Of a stretch of DNA of 64,000 bases, positions 48,028 to 58,226 are shown in pieces (the stretch's first letter is position 1; each line of letters opens with the position of its first letter). Source of the DNA: Candidatus Uhrbacteria bacterium (GTDB taxonomy: Bacteria > Patescibacteriota > Patescibacteriia > UBA9934); contig CALRHE010000003.1 in the NCBI GenBank assembly GCA_943359345.1, positions 82 to 64,081 of the forward strand, given 5' to 3'. Made by a program: the position numbers and the translations under genes. Below the pieces are notes generated by a model that was not told the origin of the DNA, made no database searches, and was given only the letters and a program-made list of their open reading frames with translations.

Positions 48028-49485
48028 ATGTCACAACTCGCTAGAAACACCCTGATGCTGACGGCTGCCTCGATAGGACAGAAGTTAATTGCCTTCCTGT
48101 ACTTTGCCCTAATTGCCCGCACCATCGGTGAGGATTCCTTGGGATCGTATTTCATCGCTCTAGCCATGGTGACGACCATCGGGGTGCTCGATGACGTCGG
48201 TTTGACCTCGGTTACTATCCGCGAGGTCGCCAAGACGCCAGAGCGGGCCAAGGAGCTCATTCGCAACGTGATCGGAATTAAGCTCATCACCATGCCAGTG
48301 ACGATCGGACTGGCTTTTTTGTTGCCTGATTGGCGGGGGTTTGATGGTGAAACAACCATGCTCATACAGATCGCGATTGCGGTCATGTTACTCGATACCT
48401 TGTCGGTTAGTATGTACGGCGTTTTGCGCGGCATGCATCAGCTCAAGTATGAGTCGATAGGAATCTTTGTTGGTCAATCATTGACGGCTATTGTCGGATC
48501 AGTCGCGCTCGTGGTCGGCTCTGGTGACCTGCGTCTGCTCGTAGTCGCCTTGATTGTTGGCAGCGGCTGGAACATGTTGTTCTCGATTTTCCATGTCGTA
48601 CGTCGTTTAGGGCTAGACGCGCTCAAGCCGTCGTGGTCGCAAGCCATGCCGATGCTACGCATGAGTTTCATGTTTTTCTTGGCGGCCGTGTTCGTAAAGG
48701 TCTATTCCTACATCGACTCCTTTATGATCGAAGAGTTTTTGGGGAAGGGGGCAGTGGGAATTTATGCGGTCGCTTACAAATTCACGTATGCGTTTCAGTT
48801 CCTACCCCTAGCCTTCGTCGGTGCTCTGTATCCGACCATGAGTTCGTTCGCAAGTAACCCGATCGAGCTAAACAAGACGCTTATCAAGGCCGAGTGGTAC
48901 CTGATGATGTTAGCCGCGCCGATTGTGTTTGGAATTTTTGCGTTAGCACCTGAGATTATCGATACGGTTTACGGGGCTAAATACGCAGCCGCCGCTCCTG
49001 TGCTCGAGGTTTTGATCTTCGTACTACTGTTAATCTTCCTTGATTTTCCAATCGGCTCACTCTTGAATGCTACTGGCAAGCAAGCGATCAAGACCGGAAT
49101 TATGGGTGGCGCTATGATTATAAACATCGTTGGGAACCTGCTGATGGTACCAGCCTATGGGATTATGGGTGCAGCCCTTGCGGCCTTGTGCACCTTCGTG
49201 TTCCTGTTTGGAGCTGGTTGGCTGGCAGTTATGCGAGTTTCGAAAGCGAGTTTTACCGAACTCGTAACAACGGTTTGGGGTTTCTTTGCTGCCGGTCTGG
49301 TTATGGCGGCGACGGTTATTTTCCTCAAAGAATATATTTATTGGATACTGACTATTCCTGTCGGTGCCTGTGTTTTCATAGGGTTGTCGTTTGCTACCAA
49401 AACCCTGACGGTGAATCACCTCAAGCAGGCTTATAACCTGATTCGTAGACCCGCATATGCCAAGAGTACTCTTACCGACAATTGA
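48028..49485 (+). CDS. Wzx-like polysaccharide/O-unit flippase (MOP superfamily).
   Basis: A 12-14 TM protein of 485 aa at the head of a glycosyltransferase cluster. Confidence 0.65.
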   Translation: MSQLARNTLMLTAASIGQKLIAFLYFALIARTIGEDSLGSYFIALAMVTTIGVLDDVGLTSVTIREVAKTPERAKELIRNVIGIKLITMPVTIGLAFLLPDWRGFDGETTMLIQIAIAVMLLDTLSVSMYGVLRGMHQLKYESIGIFVGQSLTAIVGSVALVVGSGDLRLLVVALIVGSGWNMLFSIFHVVRRLGLDALKPSWSQAMPMLRMSFMFFLAAVFVKVYSYIDSFMIEEFLGKGAVGIYAVAYKFTYAFQFLPLAFVGALYPTMSSFASNPIELNKTLIKAEWYLMMLAAPIVFGIFALAPEIIDTVYGAKYAAAAPVLEVLIFVLLLIFLDFPIGSLLNATGKQAIKTGIMGGAMIINIVGNLLMVPAYGIMGAALAALCTFVFLFGAGWLAVMRVSKASFTELVTTVWGFFAAGLVMAATVIFLKEYIYWILTIPVGACVFIGLSFATKTLTVNHLKQAYNLIRRPAYAKSTLTDN

Positions 49486-50506
49486 TTATCCACCGGCACG
49501 TGGAGGAGTGGCCAGATACATTGGTGCGATTCTAAAAACCTACCCTGACCAGGTTACGCTTTTGACGTTGAAGAAGAAGTTAAAAGTCGGCAATGTCGTT
49601 TTACAATTTTTATTCCGAGCTCGTAGTTACGACAGTATCTGGACGCACCACATTTTGCCAATTGGTACCGCAGCCATGATTGCCAAGGCGTTTACCAAAA
49701 AACCGTACGTAGTTTTTTTGCATGGGCTTGATTTTGATTTGGCCCGTCATCACCTCTGGAAACGAGACGTCGCCAAAAGAGTTTTACAACAGGCTGACCG
49801 CATCGTAACCAACTCAGAAGCCCTAGCGTCGGAGGTCAGAGCTTTCGTACAGTCTGACCGCACACCAATCGTGGTCTATCCCACGCTTGAAGATCAGTTT
49901 ATCGAGGCTGCTACAGCTCCGCGCAAGCTTGGTGAAAAAGTTAACCCTTCCTTACGTCAGGGTCGTGGAGCGGATGAGGCCTCGATACGATTGCTCACCG
50001 TTGCTCGTTTGGTTGAACGCAAGGGTCATCTGAAAGTGCTTGAGGCTCTTAAGGAGCTCCCTGAGGCGACCTATCACATCGTAGGTGACGGGCCGTACTT
50101 TGGAACAATCGCTAAGGCGATTAAAGATCTTGGTCTGCAGGATCGTGTCCGGATCTCTAAGAATGTTAGCGACGAAGAACTGCCAGATGTTTATCGCGAG
50201 GCTGACATTTTTGTGATGCCGACCACCAAAACCCAGACGGATCGCGAAGGTTTCGGGATCGTTTACCTCGAGGCCCAGCTATTCGGTCTGCCAGTCATCG
50301 CGACACGTCATCCAGGCGTTGATGAAGCGATTCGGGACGGGGAAGGGGGCCTATTGATTGGCGATACGCCTCATGAGCTCGTCACAGCCATTCAGCGTTT
50401 GAAGGATCCCGCAGTTAGGAGTAAATTTGCTGCCCGCGGCCGGGCTTGGGTAGAACGTGAGTTTAACCGCGAGCAGCAGATGTATAAACTCCGTGAGTTA
50501 CTATGA
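49457..50506 (+). CDS. Family-4 glycosyltransferase.
   Basis: GT-B EX7E-like region (EGFGIVYLEAQLFGLPVIAT). Confidence 0.7.
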   Translation: MPRVLLPTIDYPPARGGVARYIGAILKTYPDQVTLLTLKKKLKVGNVVLQFLFRARSYDSIWTHHILPIGTAAMIAKAFTKKPYVVFLHGLDFDLARHHLWKRDVAKRVLQQADRIVTNSEALASEVRAFVQSDRTPIVVYPTLEDQFIEAATAPRKLGEKVNPSLRQGRGADEASIRLLTVARLVERKGHLKVLEALKELPEATYHIVGDGPYFGTIAKAIKDLGLQDRVRISKNVSDEELPDVYREADIFVMPTTKTQTDREGFGIVYLEAQLFGLPVIATRHPGVDEAIRDGEGGLLIGDTPHELVTAIQRLKDPAVRSKFAARGRAWVEREFNREQQMYKLRELL

Positions 50507-50511
50507 ATTAA

Positions 50512-50591
50512 AACCATCCTGACGTAAGGAAGGATTAGCAGCCCAGAGGCTATCAGCCGCCGTGACCTAACCCTTCGTAACCTCAGGGTGG
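50512..50591. repeat. Family-3 hairpin element, copy C.
   Basis: AACCATCCTGACGTAAGGAAGGATTAGC ... CCCTTCGTAACCTCAGGGTGG, located between two co-directional GT genes. Confidence 0.7.
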
Positions 50592-50598
50592 CTACCGT

Positions 50599-51306
50599 AT
50601 GCACCCCTTGATATCAGTTGTAATACCTGCCTACCAACACGCCGGTTCATTACCGAAGTGTTTAGCGTCGATTTTTGCGCAAACATATCAGCCGCTCGAA
50701 ATTATTGTTGTCGACGACGGCTCGACAGATAACACGCAGGAGGTGTTGGCGAGCTATGCTGATCGCGTCACGATCGTGAAGCAGGCCAATGCTGGAGCCA
50801 ACCCAGCTCGTAACCGAGGTTTTAAGGAGGCTAAAGGCGAGTACGTCATTTTCTGCGATGCCGACGTCGGCATGAGTCCAAAGATGCTCGAAACGATGTT
50901 TAGTGAGCTCCAAAAGCATCCTGAGGCGAGTTACGCCTACAGCGGCTTCTGGTTTGGCTGGAAGCACTTTAAAGGCATACAGTTTGATGCTCATCGCCTG
51001 CGACAACTGAATTTTGTACATACGAGCTCGCTTGTTCGTCGCGCTGACTTTCCGGGCTTTGATAACACCATTCGTCGCCTTCAAGATTGGGACGTGTGGC
51101 TGACTATGCTCGAACAGGGAAAAGTCGGTACACTGGTTCCAGACACCCTGTTTAGTGTGAGTATCGATGGGGCTTCACGCATTGGCTCGTCCTGGCTGCC
51201 AGCCTTTATCTATCGCTTACCCTGGCATAGGTTTGGCTGGAAGCCGCGACGAGTGAAGAAATATGAGGATGCGCGTGAGGTTATTAGACAGAAACACCAA
51301 CTTTAA
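50599..51306 (+). CDS. Family-2 glycosyltransferase.
   Basis: ISVVIPAYQ ... VDDGSTDNT ... CDADV DxD motif. Confidence 0.7.
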   Translation: MHPLISVVIPAYQHAGSLPKCLASIFAQTYQPLEIIVVDDGSTDNTQEVLASYADRVTIVKQANAGANPARNRGFKEAKGEYVIFCDADVGMSPKMLETMFSELQKHPEASYAYSGFWFGWKHFKGIQFDAHRLRQLNFVHTSSLVRRADFPGFDNTIRRLQDWDVWLTMLEQGKVGTLVPDTLFSVSIDGASRIGSSWLPAFIYRLPWHRFGWKPRRVKKYEDAREVIRQKHQL

Positions 51307-51359
51307 GATATTCGGTCCACTAAGACGCCGATCGGCGTCTTAGTGGACCGAATCGAAAT

Positions 51360-52214
51360 ATGCTCGATCTCTCGATTGTAATCGTCACCTTCAAAGAAGA
51401 CCTTGACGTCTTGCGACGTTGTTTTGAGAGCGTCGCTAAGTCGCAGGGTTTGAGCTACGAGCTGATCGTGGTCGACAACGCTCGTCGTAAGGATACCGAG
51501 CAACTTTTGAGTGAGGTCAGCTCGACCGCGACCTATCTCCCAAACCCACGCAACATGGGCTTTGCCTACGCTGTAAATTGCGGTCTGCGAGCATCGAAGG
51601 CTCGTCACGTTTTATTGTTGAATCCTGATACCGAGTTTAAGCCCGAGGCACTCAAGAACATGGTTGATCATCTCGATGCCGATACAGACGTCGGCATTGC
51701 TAGCTCGATTATTCGCTATCCAAACGGCGACCTCCAAGACAGCATTCGTCGCTTTCCAACTCTGCTCAATCAGCTTGTCATTCTCTTGAAGATACCACAC
51801 GTCTTAAAACGAACTCGAATTATTGATCGTTACATGATGCGCGACGTTGATCCGTACACAACTCAGGATGTTGATTCGATCATGGGGGCTTTCATGTTCA
51901 TTCCGCGTAAGACCTTAGAAAAACTTGGCTTATTTGATGAGCGTTACTTTATTTGGTTCGAGGAGGTTGATTATTGTAAGATGGCTCATGATGCGGGCTT
52001 GAAAATTCGACATTATGCCGACGTCGAAATTTTGCATCACAAAGGCCATTCGTTTAACAAGTTAGCCACCATTAAAAAACAACGTTGGATTCGTCAGAGT
52101 TTGCGCAAGTATATGAAAAAGCACCACGGTGTTTTACCGTGGGTGATACTCTGGGCCTTAACGCCGTTGTTTATACTTCTGGCTTACGGTGCCGCAATCA
52201 TAAAACGCTCATAA
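51360..52214 (+). CDS. Family-2 glycosyltransferase (rhamnosyltransferase-like).
   Basis: LSIVIVTFK ... VVDNA ... LLNPDT GT-A motifs. Confidence 0.65.
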   Translation: MLDLSIVIVTFKEDLDVLRRCFESVAKSQGLSYELIVVDNARRKDTEQLLSEVSSTATYLPNPRNMGFAYAVNCGLRASKARHVLLLNPDTEFKPEALKNMVDHLDADTDVGIASSIIRYPNGDLQDSIRRFPTLLNQLVILLKIPHVLKRTRIIDRYMMRDVDPYTTQDVDSIMGAFMFIPRKTLEKLGLFDERYFIWFEEVDYCKMAHDAGLKIRHYADVEILHHKGHSFNKLATIKKQRWIRQSLRKYMKKHHGVLPWVILWALTPLFILLAYGAAIIKRS

Positions 52215-52233
52215 GACCCTTCGAGACAAAACT

Positions 52234-53826
52234 ATGCTGGACTTCGTCCGTCAATTCTACGACAAGCGTATGTGGTGGGTGTCGGGTGGGCTGGTTTTAA
52301 CCCACGTCATCGCCGCGATCACCCAAGGCTCGGCTTGGGCCTGGGTGCCGCTGCTTGCAATTGGAGTCGGCACGGCTGGTTTGAGTTATTACAGGCTCGA
52401 ATGGGGACTAGCAATCGCTTTTCTTGAGCTCTTCATCGGTGGCCACGGACACTTGATCGATGTCGATGTACGGGGCTTCTCGCTCTCGATCCGCGAAGTT
52501 ATTTTTGCCGCTGTCATGGCCGCCTGGCTAAGCTTATTGCTTTTCAAGCAATTAAAACCTGTATTCGTTCGTCATCGTGATTTGCCATTGGCCTGTATAG
52601 GCTTGGCGATCTTGATTGCTGCCTTGAAGGGCTTGAGCACTAACGAATTCGCTGCAGCTTTTGATGACATGAACGGCTACTTGACCCTGGCATATTTTTT
52701 CCCGATGATTTCGCTTAGCTGGAATGGAGAACGACGACGCTTGTTGTTGCAAGCGCTGGCGCTAGCGGCTGTTTGGATCTCGATTACGACGCTGCTATAT
52801 GTGTACGCCTTTACACACCTTCCAGGGCTCGCTTCGCACGAGCTCTACACTTTTGTGCGCGATGCGCGACTGGCTGAAGTTACCTTACAAACTGCTGGAC
52901 CGGGTATCGATTATCTCGGCAACTCGCCCTGGTATTTTCGCGTCTTCCAGCAATCTCAAGCTATCGTAGCCACCTTCGAGCTCTTGCTCCTGGCAGGGAC
53001 ATTTAGTTTGTGGCGCGACAAGCATGACCAGCTGCCTGGGTTTATCATGGGGCTTCATGTGCTACTGATCTCAACTATTCTGGCGAGTTTGTCGCGCAGC
53101 TTTTGGATCGGTTGCTTGGCGGGCTTGGCCTTGGTGATTGCCTCGGTGTGTTTGACTCGGCCAGTGATAGTTACGCTAATCAAGCGACACCTCCAACTCG
53201 GGCTCCTGAGCCTGGTAGCGGTCGTGGTTTTGTTTGTTGCGATAACTATTCCAATTCCGCCGCGCCCCGACCTGACGGACTCGTCGTTTTACAAGGGTCG
53301 AGATGAGAATACGCGTGAAGTAGCTGTTTCGAGTCGTTGGAATTTATTACGGCCGATGCTCGAAGAAATTTGGCAGGCCCCGATTATTGGTTCTGGATTT
53401 GGTGAAACCGTGACGTTTATTTCTGATGACCCACGCTTACGAGCAGTTAATCCAAGTGGGGAAGTGACCACCTATCGTTTTGAGTGGGGGTATCACGATT
53501 TGTGGTTAAAGATGGGGATACTAGGTCTATTGGGCTTTGGCTGGCTGTTGGTCACGGTTGTGTCCGTCAGCCTGAAGTCCGCACTACGTCGCGACCAGCA
53601 CTTTTGGATTGTGGTCGGCTTAGCTTCAGGGGTAGTTATGTTTTATGCCACGCATATCTTTTCACCCTACCTCAATCACCCCATCGGATTAGGTTTCTTG
53701 ATTTTCGTCTTACCATTCTTACCCTGGAAAGAGTCATCGCCAGTTCAGGCTGAAGCAGTTGGAGCCATCAGTCTGGCGCCGCTCACAATTATTAAACCGG
53801 GCGTTGGTATCGCCCTTAAGCAATAA
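52234..53826 (+). CDS. O-antigen ligase / polymerase-like polytopic membrane protein.
   Basis: About 12 TM helices with a large periplasmic loop. Its position at the end of the glycan cluster supports the call. Confidence 0.5.
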   Translation: MLDFVRQFYDKRMWWVSGGLVLTHVIAAITQGSAWAWVPLLAIGVGTAGLSYYRLEWGLAIAFLELFIGGHGHLIDVDVRGFSLSIREVIFAAVMAAWLSLLLFKQLKPVFVRHRDLPLACIGLAILIAALKGLSTNEFAAAFDDMNGYLTLAYFFPMISLSWNGERRRLLLQALALAAVWISITTLLYVYAFTHLPGLASHELYTFVRDARLAEVTLQTAGPGIDYLGNSPWYFRVFQQSQAIVATFELLLLAGTFSLWRDKHDQLPGFIMGLHVLLISTILASLSRSFWIGCLAGLALVIASVCLTRPVIVTLIKRHLQLGLLSLVAVVVLFVAITIPIPPRPDLTDSSFYKGRDENTREVAVSSRWNLLRPMLEEIWQAPIIGSGFGETVTFISDDPRLRAVNPSGEVTTYRFEWGYHDLWLKMGILGLLGFGWLLVTVVSVSLKSALRRDQHFWIVVGLASGVVMFYATHIFSPYLNHPIGLGFLIFVLPFLPWKESSPVQAEAVGAISLAPLTIIKPGVGIALKQ

Positions 53827-53844
53827 ACTCAGCGTATTATGTGT

Positions 53845-54306
53845 TTAGATTGTTCTTGGGGTGATTGTGTATTCACCCAATTCAGATAAATTCTTGAAAT
53901 GAAATGTGGCATCCAATTTTTGTCCTTCAAGCACTAAGGGTATCCAGAACTTATCGTCAGTCCACATCTCCTGGTACGGGAGCTCGTTGGCCTTAAACCA
54001 TTGCGGGCGCATCTCCTCAGTCTCAATCGGCTCACCAGAGTAGTCGTCACACCAGAAGACCGTACAGTCGATGGTATCGGGTGTAGATTCAAAATCAAAA
54101 TACAGATGGGCGATTTCCTCAAAACTATTACCGACCAAGCCTGATTCCTCAAGGAGCTCTCGTTTAATGCCTTCGAGCTCGGTCTCGCCTGGCTCGATTT
54201 TGCCACCAAAACCGTTCCAGCGTCCCTCACCAAAACCTCGTTTTTTCATGCCTAGCAAAATCTCATGACCGCGACGCACGAATACCAGCGTGGTTATTTT
54301 GTTCAT
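53845..54306 (-). CDS. NUDIX hydrolase (MutT-like).
   Basis: Nudix box GGKIEPGETELEGIKRELLEESGL. Confidence 0.8.
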   Translation of the reverse strand: MNKITTLVFVRRGHEILLGMKKRGFGEGRWNGFGGKIEPGETELEGIKRELLEESGLVGNSFEEIAHLYFDFESTPDTIDCTVFWCDDYSGEPIETEEMRPQWFKANELPYQEMWTDDKFWIPLVLEGQKLDATFHFKNLSELGEYTITPRTI

Positions 54307-55205
54307 ACGTGTCGACCGCGTAAATAATCAGCCGTGCTCATGCGTTTACCGCCAGCTGGCTGAAGCTCAAGAATTTCGAGCGCAGTTGTTGAGGTACCTA
54401 TAAACAAACGATCATTGTCGATTTGCTCGGCCCCTGGGTCAAGTTTGTTATCGCTTGCACGAGCCTTGAAGATCTTGAAGTCTTTGGTCGAGGTTCCAGG
54501 CCAGGGGTAAAAAGCTCGCACTTTACGTTCGATGTTCTCAGCTGACTCTGACCAATCAATGACGCCGTCTTGGCGTGTTAAAAGCTTACAGAAAGTGGCC
54601 TGAGTATGATCCTGCTCTCGAGGCTCGATGTCGCCCGCGACGTAGGCCTTAAGCGTCTGGAGCAACAACGGCACGCCCAGCTCCACAACCTTGCTCGTCA
54701 GCGAGTCTGGGGTCTCAACAGGATCAACGGCGATTTTTTTCTGAGCCAAGATTGGGCCTGCATCCATCCCCTGGACAAGCTTCATGATCGTGACTGCTGT
54801 TTGGTCGTCACCACCTGCGATAGCTGCAATAATCGGTGATGGACCACGATATTTGGGTAGCAGGGAAGGGTGTACGTTTATAAAACCGTGTAGCAAAAGC
54901 TTCATCAGGCTCTCGGGCAGAATGCGACCATAGGCTACGACCACACCGATATCGGCTCCAAATTCTTTGATTTGAGCCTGAAAAGTTTCGTCCTTTAGCT
55001 TTGTGGGTTGAAGCACGGGAAGGTCGCGTGCAAGGGCGAGTTCTTTAACCGGTGGCGCAGTCAAAATCTTTTTACGACCAACCGGCTCATCAGGCTGGGT
55101 GACCACACCGACGACCTCAAAATCCGTGTTGTCAATCAGTCCCTTTAGGAACTCGGCTGCAAAAGTTGGGGTGCCAAAAAAGACAACTTTCATATTTATT
55201 CCCAA
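54303..55205 (-). CDS. fmt: Methionyl-tRNA formyltransferase.
   Basis: N-terminal KVVFFGTP and the formyltransferase core. The start may be the Met at 55193 (MKVVFF). Confidence 0.85.
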   Translation of the reverse strand: MGINMKVVFFGTPTFAAEFLKGLIDNTDFEVVGVVTQPDEPVGRKKILTAPPVKELALARDLPVLQPTKLKDETFQAQIKEFGADIGVVVAYGRILPESLMKLLLHGFINVHPSLLPKYRGPSPIIAAIAGGDDQTAVTIMKLVQGMDAGPILAQKKIAVDPVETPDSLTSKVVELGVPLLLQTLKAYVAGDIEPREQDHTQATFCKLLTRQDGVIDWSESAENIERKVRAFYPWPGTSTKDFKIFKARASDNKLDPGAEQIDNDRLFIGTSTTALEILELQPAGGKRMSTADYLRGRHV

Positions 55206-55675
55206 AGCTCAGAAGCGTGATCGATGAACAGACGGCCATCAAGATGATCGTACTCGTGTTGCAGGATGATCGACAACAAGCCTTCACCCTTGATTTCGAA
55301 CTCTTGACCGTTTTCATCGAGAGCCTTGACGGTTACGGAGCGATGACGACGGGTAGCACCCCATTTACGGTGAGCCTTTTCTCCAGGCACCGACAGACAA
55401 CCTTCTTCGTAGTCAATCACCTTAAACGATTTGACGACAAACTCGGGATTAACAAAAACCTTATTGCCGTCTTTAGTTTCAGCGATGAACATGCGCCAGT
55501 TAATCCCAACTTGAGGTGCGGCAATGCCAACACCTTTTTCGACCTCCATGGTTTTTTCCATGTCCTTGATCAAATCCAAAAATTTCTTTGTACCCAGCTC
55601 CTGGAGCGGTACAGATTCACAAACTTTTCGGAGGATGGGATCGGGTTCACACAGAACCTTCATGGCCTTGGACAT
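55196..55675 (-). CDS. def: Peptide deformylase.
   Basis: Motifs GxGxAAxQ (GVGIAAPQ), EGCLS and HEYDHLDG. Confidence 0.9.
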   Translation of the reverse strand: MSKAMKVLCEPDPILRKVCESVPLQELGTKKFLDLIKDMEKTMEVEKGVGIAAPQVGINWRMFIAETKDGNKVFVNPEFVVKSFKVIDYEEGCLSVPGEKAHRKWGATRRHRSVTVKALDENGQEFEIKGEGLLSIILQHEYDHLDGRLFIDHASELWE

Positions 55676-57401
55676 AGGAACCGTCGTATTGGATTTTTAT
55701 CGAATCAGGCAGAGATTTGAGTTGCTGAGACCTCGTTGAAAGCTCGAGGCTATCACCTCGCTCGATGGCTTGCGACTGAAGCTCTGGTGGCAGCTCCTCG
55801 AGCTTGGCCCCGTGGAGTATAAGGCGCTTGGTGAAGGGCGGGAGCCGGTAACGTTTGCGGAGCTCCAGCTCCGCATCTGTGAAATACTTGAGGTCAAGCA
55901 TTGAGCGCAGGACGTCGGGCAACCACGTTTGAATGAGCACCCGAGCTCCTTGCCGTTGGGCAAAGTTTAGCAGACGATGAAGTTTTCGGGCAGTCTCTTC
56001 GGCGCCTCTGAAATCACTGGCATGCAAAGCGATATCGGCGGCTAGGTCGGCCACCAAGCCAAAACGCTTGGCTGCAAACGGCTCAAGATAGCTCGAAAAG
56101 AAATACTCGGTCGCGACCACGATGTCGGCCGTGGGGTTTTCGAGAGTGTCTTTCTCGATGCGCCCGACTGACTGCTTAGGAAAGAGCTTTTGGAGCGTCG
56201 ACACGAGCTTGGTTCCACCGATGCCGCGCAGGGCTAGCTTTGGCTGGCCGCACGACGGACATTGGTCAGGAATCCACATCTCGGTCTGACAGTTGGCACA
56301 GACTAAGTCGTCATGTCTCACGATAGGGACGTGGCTACAGGTGCCGCACAGCGGAATATGCCCGCATTTACCGCACTGCAGGCGCTTAGCCACCCCTTTA
56401 CGGTTGAGGAAGAGTAGCACTCGTTTTTGGCTATGTAAAGCCGTTTCTATACCTGAGAGGACGCTGTCAGATAAGAGTGGTTCTGTTGTCAGCTCGTCAC
56501 TCGACCCCAGGTTAACGACCGTGTCGTCGTCAAACTGATCGGCGACCGTGATCATGGGCATGGTGACGAGCTCCTCGAGCCGCGGTAGGTTATCGAAGGC
56601 GACAAGGTTAGCGTCATGTTGACGGGCCAAGAGCTTGGCGGCTTCACGAGCATCGAAACGGGGGTTACGACGTTCGTTGATGTGCTCTTCATTGCCGGCC
56701 TCTAGCACAAGTACAGTCGAGAGCTTACTAACCGGAAGCAAGCTCGCGTTCCGGGTTCCGATGAGGGTTTCGAGTTCACCCGTGCGCCAAGCCTCAATAA
56801 TACGAGCGCGATCTTTTGGGGGTGTATGGCCGTGAAGCAGAGCGCTCGAGTCTCCAAGTTTAACGTAACGCGCCAAGAGCTCGGCCTCCCTTTCACGCGG
56901 CAACAAGATCAGCATTTGGCCAGATCGCTTACGTCGTAAGACATGAGCGAGTGCTAATCCCAGGTCCGTGCTCCCGGCAATAGCCAATGACCGATTTAAG
57001 GTAATCTCGCTCAAGCAACGTTCGAGCACGGGGATGTCGAGGGCGCCGATGTGCGAAGATTTAGTGGTCTTAACCACGGGCGCGCGCCCGTCAGCAAAGA
57101 TGGTTGGAAAAACGGTGTGTAGGAGGCTACTTACCGACTGTACCAGATGTTCGGCAATCTGTTCGTAACGGGTGATATCAGCCACGGTGAGGTAATTGGG
57201 CTTAGCCACCGAGTTTACTCGGATAAGCTTTTTAGCTTCTGAGGTCTCTTTAACAGCTTTTACAACGCCTAGCACCTCATGACCCTTAAACGGGACGCGT
57301 ACAAGATCGCCAGCATTTACGGGTAAATCAAAACGCAGATCGTAATCAAAATACGAGCACTTCCTAGGAAGTTTTAGGATCGGATAAACCTCAGCAATCA
57401 T
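55647..57401 (-). CDS. priA: Primosomal protein N' (PriA) homologue with degenerate helicase ATPase motifs.
   Basis: A 3'-DNA-binding N-terminus and a Cys4 zinc module (CGKCGHIPLCGTCS...CANCQ). The Walker A position reads AGSTDLG with no lysine, and the Walker B position reads NEEH instead of DEEH. Confidence 0.7.
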   Translation of the reverse strand: MIAEVYPILKLPRKCSYFDYDLRFDLPVNAGDLVRVPFKGHEVLGVVKAVKETSEAKKLIRVNSVAKPNYLTVADITRYEQIAEHLVQSVSSLLHTVFPTIFADGRAPVVKTTKSSHIGALDIPVLERCLSEITLNRSLAIAGSTDLGLALAHVLRRKRSGQMLILLPREREAELLARYVKLGDSSALLHGHTPPKDRARIIEAWRTGELETLIGTRNASLLPVSKLSTVLVLEAGNEEHINERRNPRFDAREAAKLLARQHDANLVAFDNLPRLEELVTMPMITVADQFDDDTVVNLGSSDELTTEPLLSDSVLSGIETALHSQKRVLLFLNRKGVAKRLQCGKCGHIPLCGTCSHVPIVRHDDLVCANCQTEMWIPDQCPSCGQPKLALRGIGGTKLVSTLQKLFPKQSVGRIEKDTLENPTADIVVATEYFFSSYLEPFAAKRFGLVADLAADIALHASDFRGAEETARKLHRLLNFAQRQGARVLIQTWLPDVLRSMLDLKYFTDAELELRKRYRLPPFTKRLILHGAKLEELPPELQSQAIERGDSLELSTRSQQLKSLPDSIKIQYDGSYVQGHEGSV

Positions 57402-57425
57402 AATTTCCGTTGCATCAGTTCTACA

Positions 57426-58226
57426 CTAGAGTACAAAATTTGTGACGCAATAGCCAACTCCAAAAGGAGCGTCGTAGGACAGCACTGTTGGGGTCGTATA
57501 CATGCCATCAAGTACGCCAAGCAGCATGCAGAGTTGTCGATACGATGTATCGTGCGCGTTTTTAATCAGGCTATCCGGCATCTGGAGTAAACCTGAAGCG
57601 TTATGTTCTTGTAAACATGTCAAAATGGTTTCATCGAAGCGCTTGCCGTCCTTATGCAAGCCAGCCGGAGCAGTTTTGGACAGAGCGTGAGACATATCAC
57701 CGGCCGCGATTACAGCAATTCGTTTGTGACTCTCAAGAATGACGTGCTTCAGCGCCACGCCGATGTTGAAATGAGTTTTGGCGTCCAGTTCGCAGGGTGC
57801 GATTGGTACTACGCGCACGTTGGTCAGGTGGCTAGTGAGTATGTCTAGGGTAACAGTGGTTGCGGCATTCAGCTGTGTATCTGTTGAAAGCGAGACGGGT
57901 AGGTCATGTCTGCGTAGGTGTCTTTGAAGAGTGTCGATCAATGAGAAATCCGGATGATATTGTTTGTGATACCCCAAATCACCAAATTCGGATAGATCAG
58001 CTGTAAACGGATCAGCTAGGCTAATCGAGACCGCCTCCGGATACATGGTCCTGGCCTCCGAGAGAATAATCAGCGTATCCGGATGAGTGGCATAAAGCTC
58101 TTCGGCTAGCTCTTCAAAGGCTGCCCGAGTTTCATGTACCTCACTCATTTTAGCCTCATTTATAGACGGCAATAAGAGTGGCGAGCTGGGCGTGAAGCCA
58201 GCAAAAACCAACATATTACTCCGCAA
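57426..58226 (-). CDS. MEMO1-family protein (AmmeMemoRadiSam system protein B-like).
   Basis: Memo-like core with the C-terminal GVGYCV motif. Confidence 0.6.
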   Translation of the reverse strand: MRSNMLVFAGFTPSSPLLLPSINEAKMSEVHETRAAFEELAEELYATHPDTLIILSEARTMYPEAVSISLADPFTADLSEFGDLGYHKQYHPDFSLIDTLQRHLRRHDLPVSLSTDTQLNAATTVTLDILTSHLTNVRVVPIAPCELDAKTHFNIGVALKHVILESHKRIAVIAAGDMSHALSKTAPAGLHKDGKRFDETILTCLQEHNASGLLQMPDSLIKNAHDTSYRQLCMLLGVLDGMYTTPTVLSYDAPFGVGYCVTNFVL

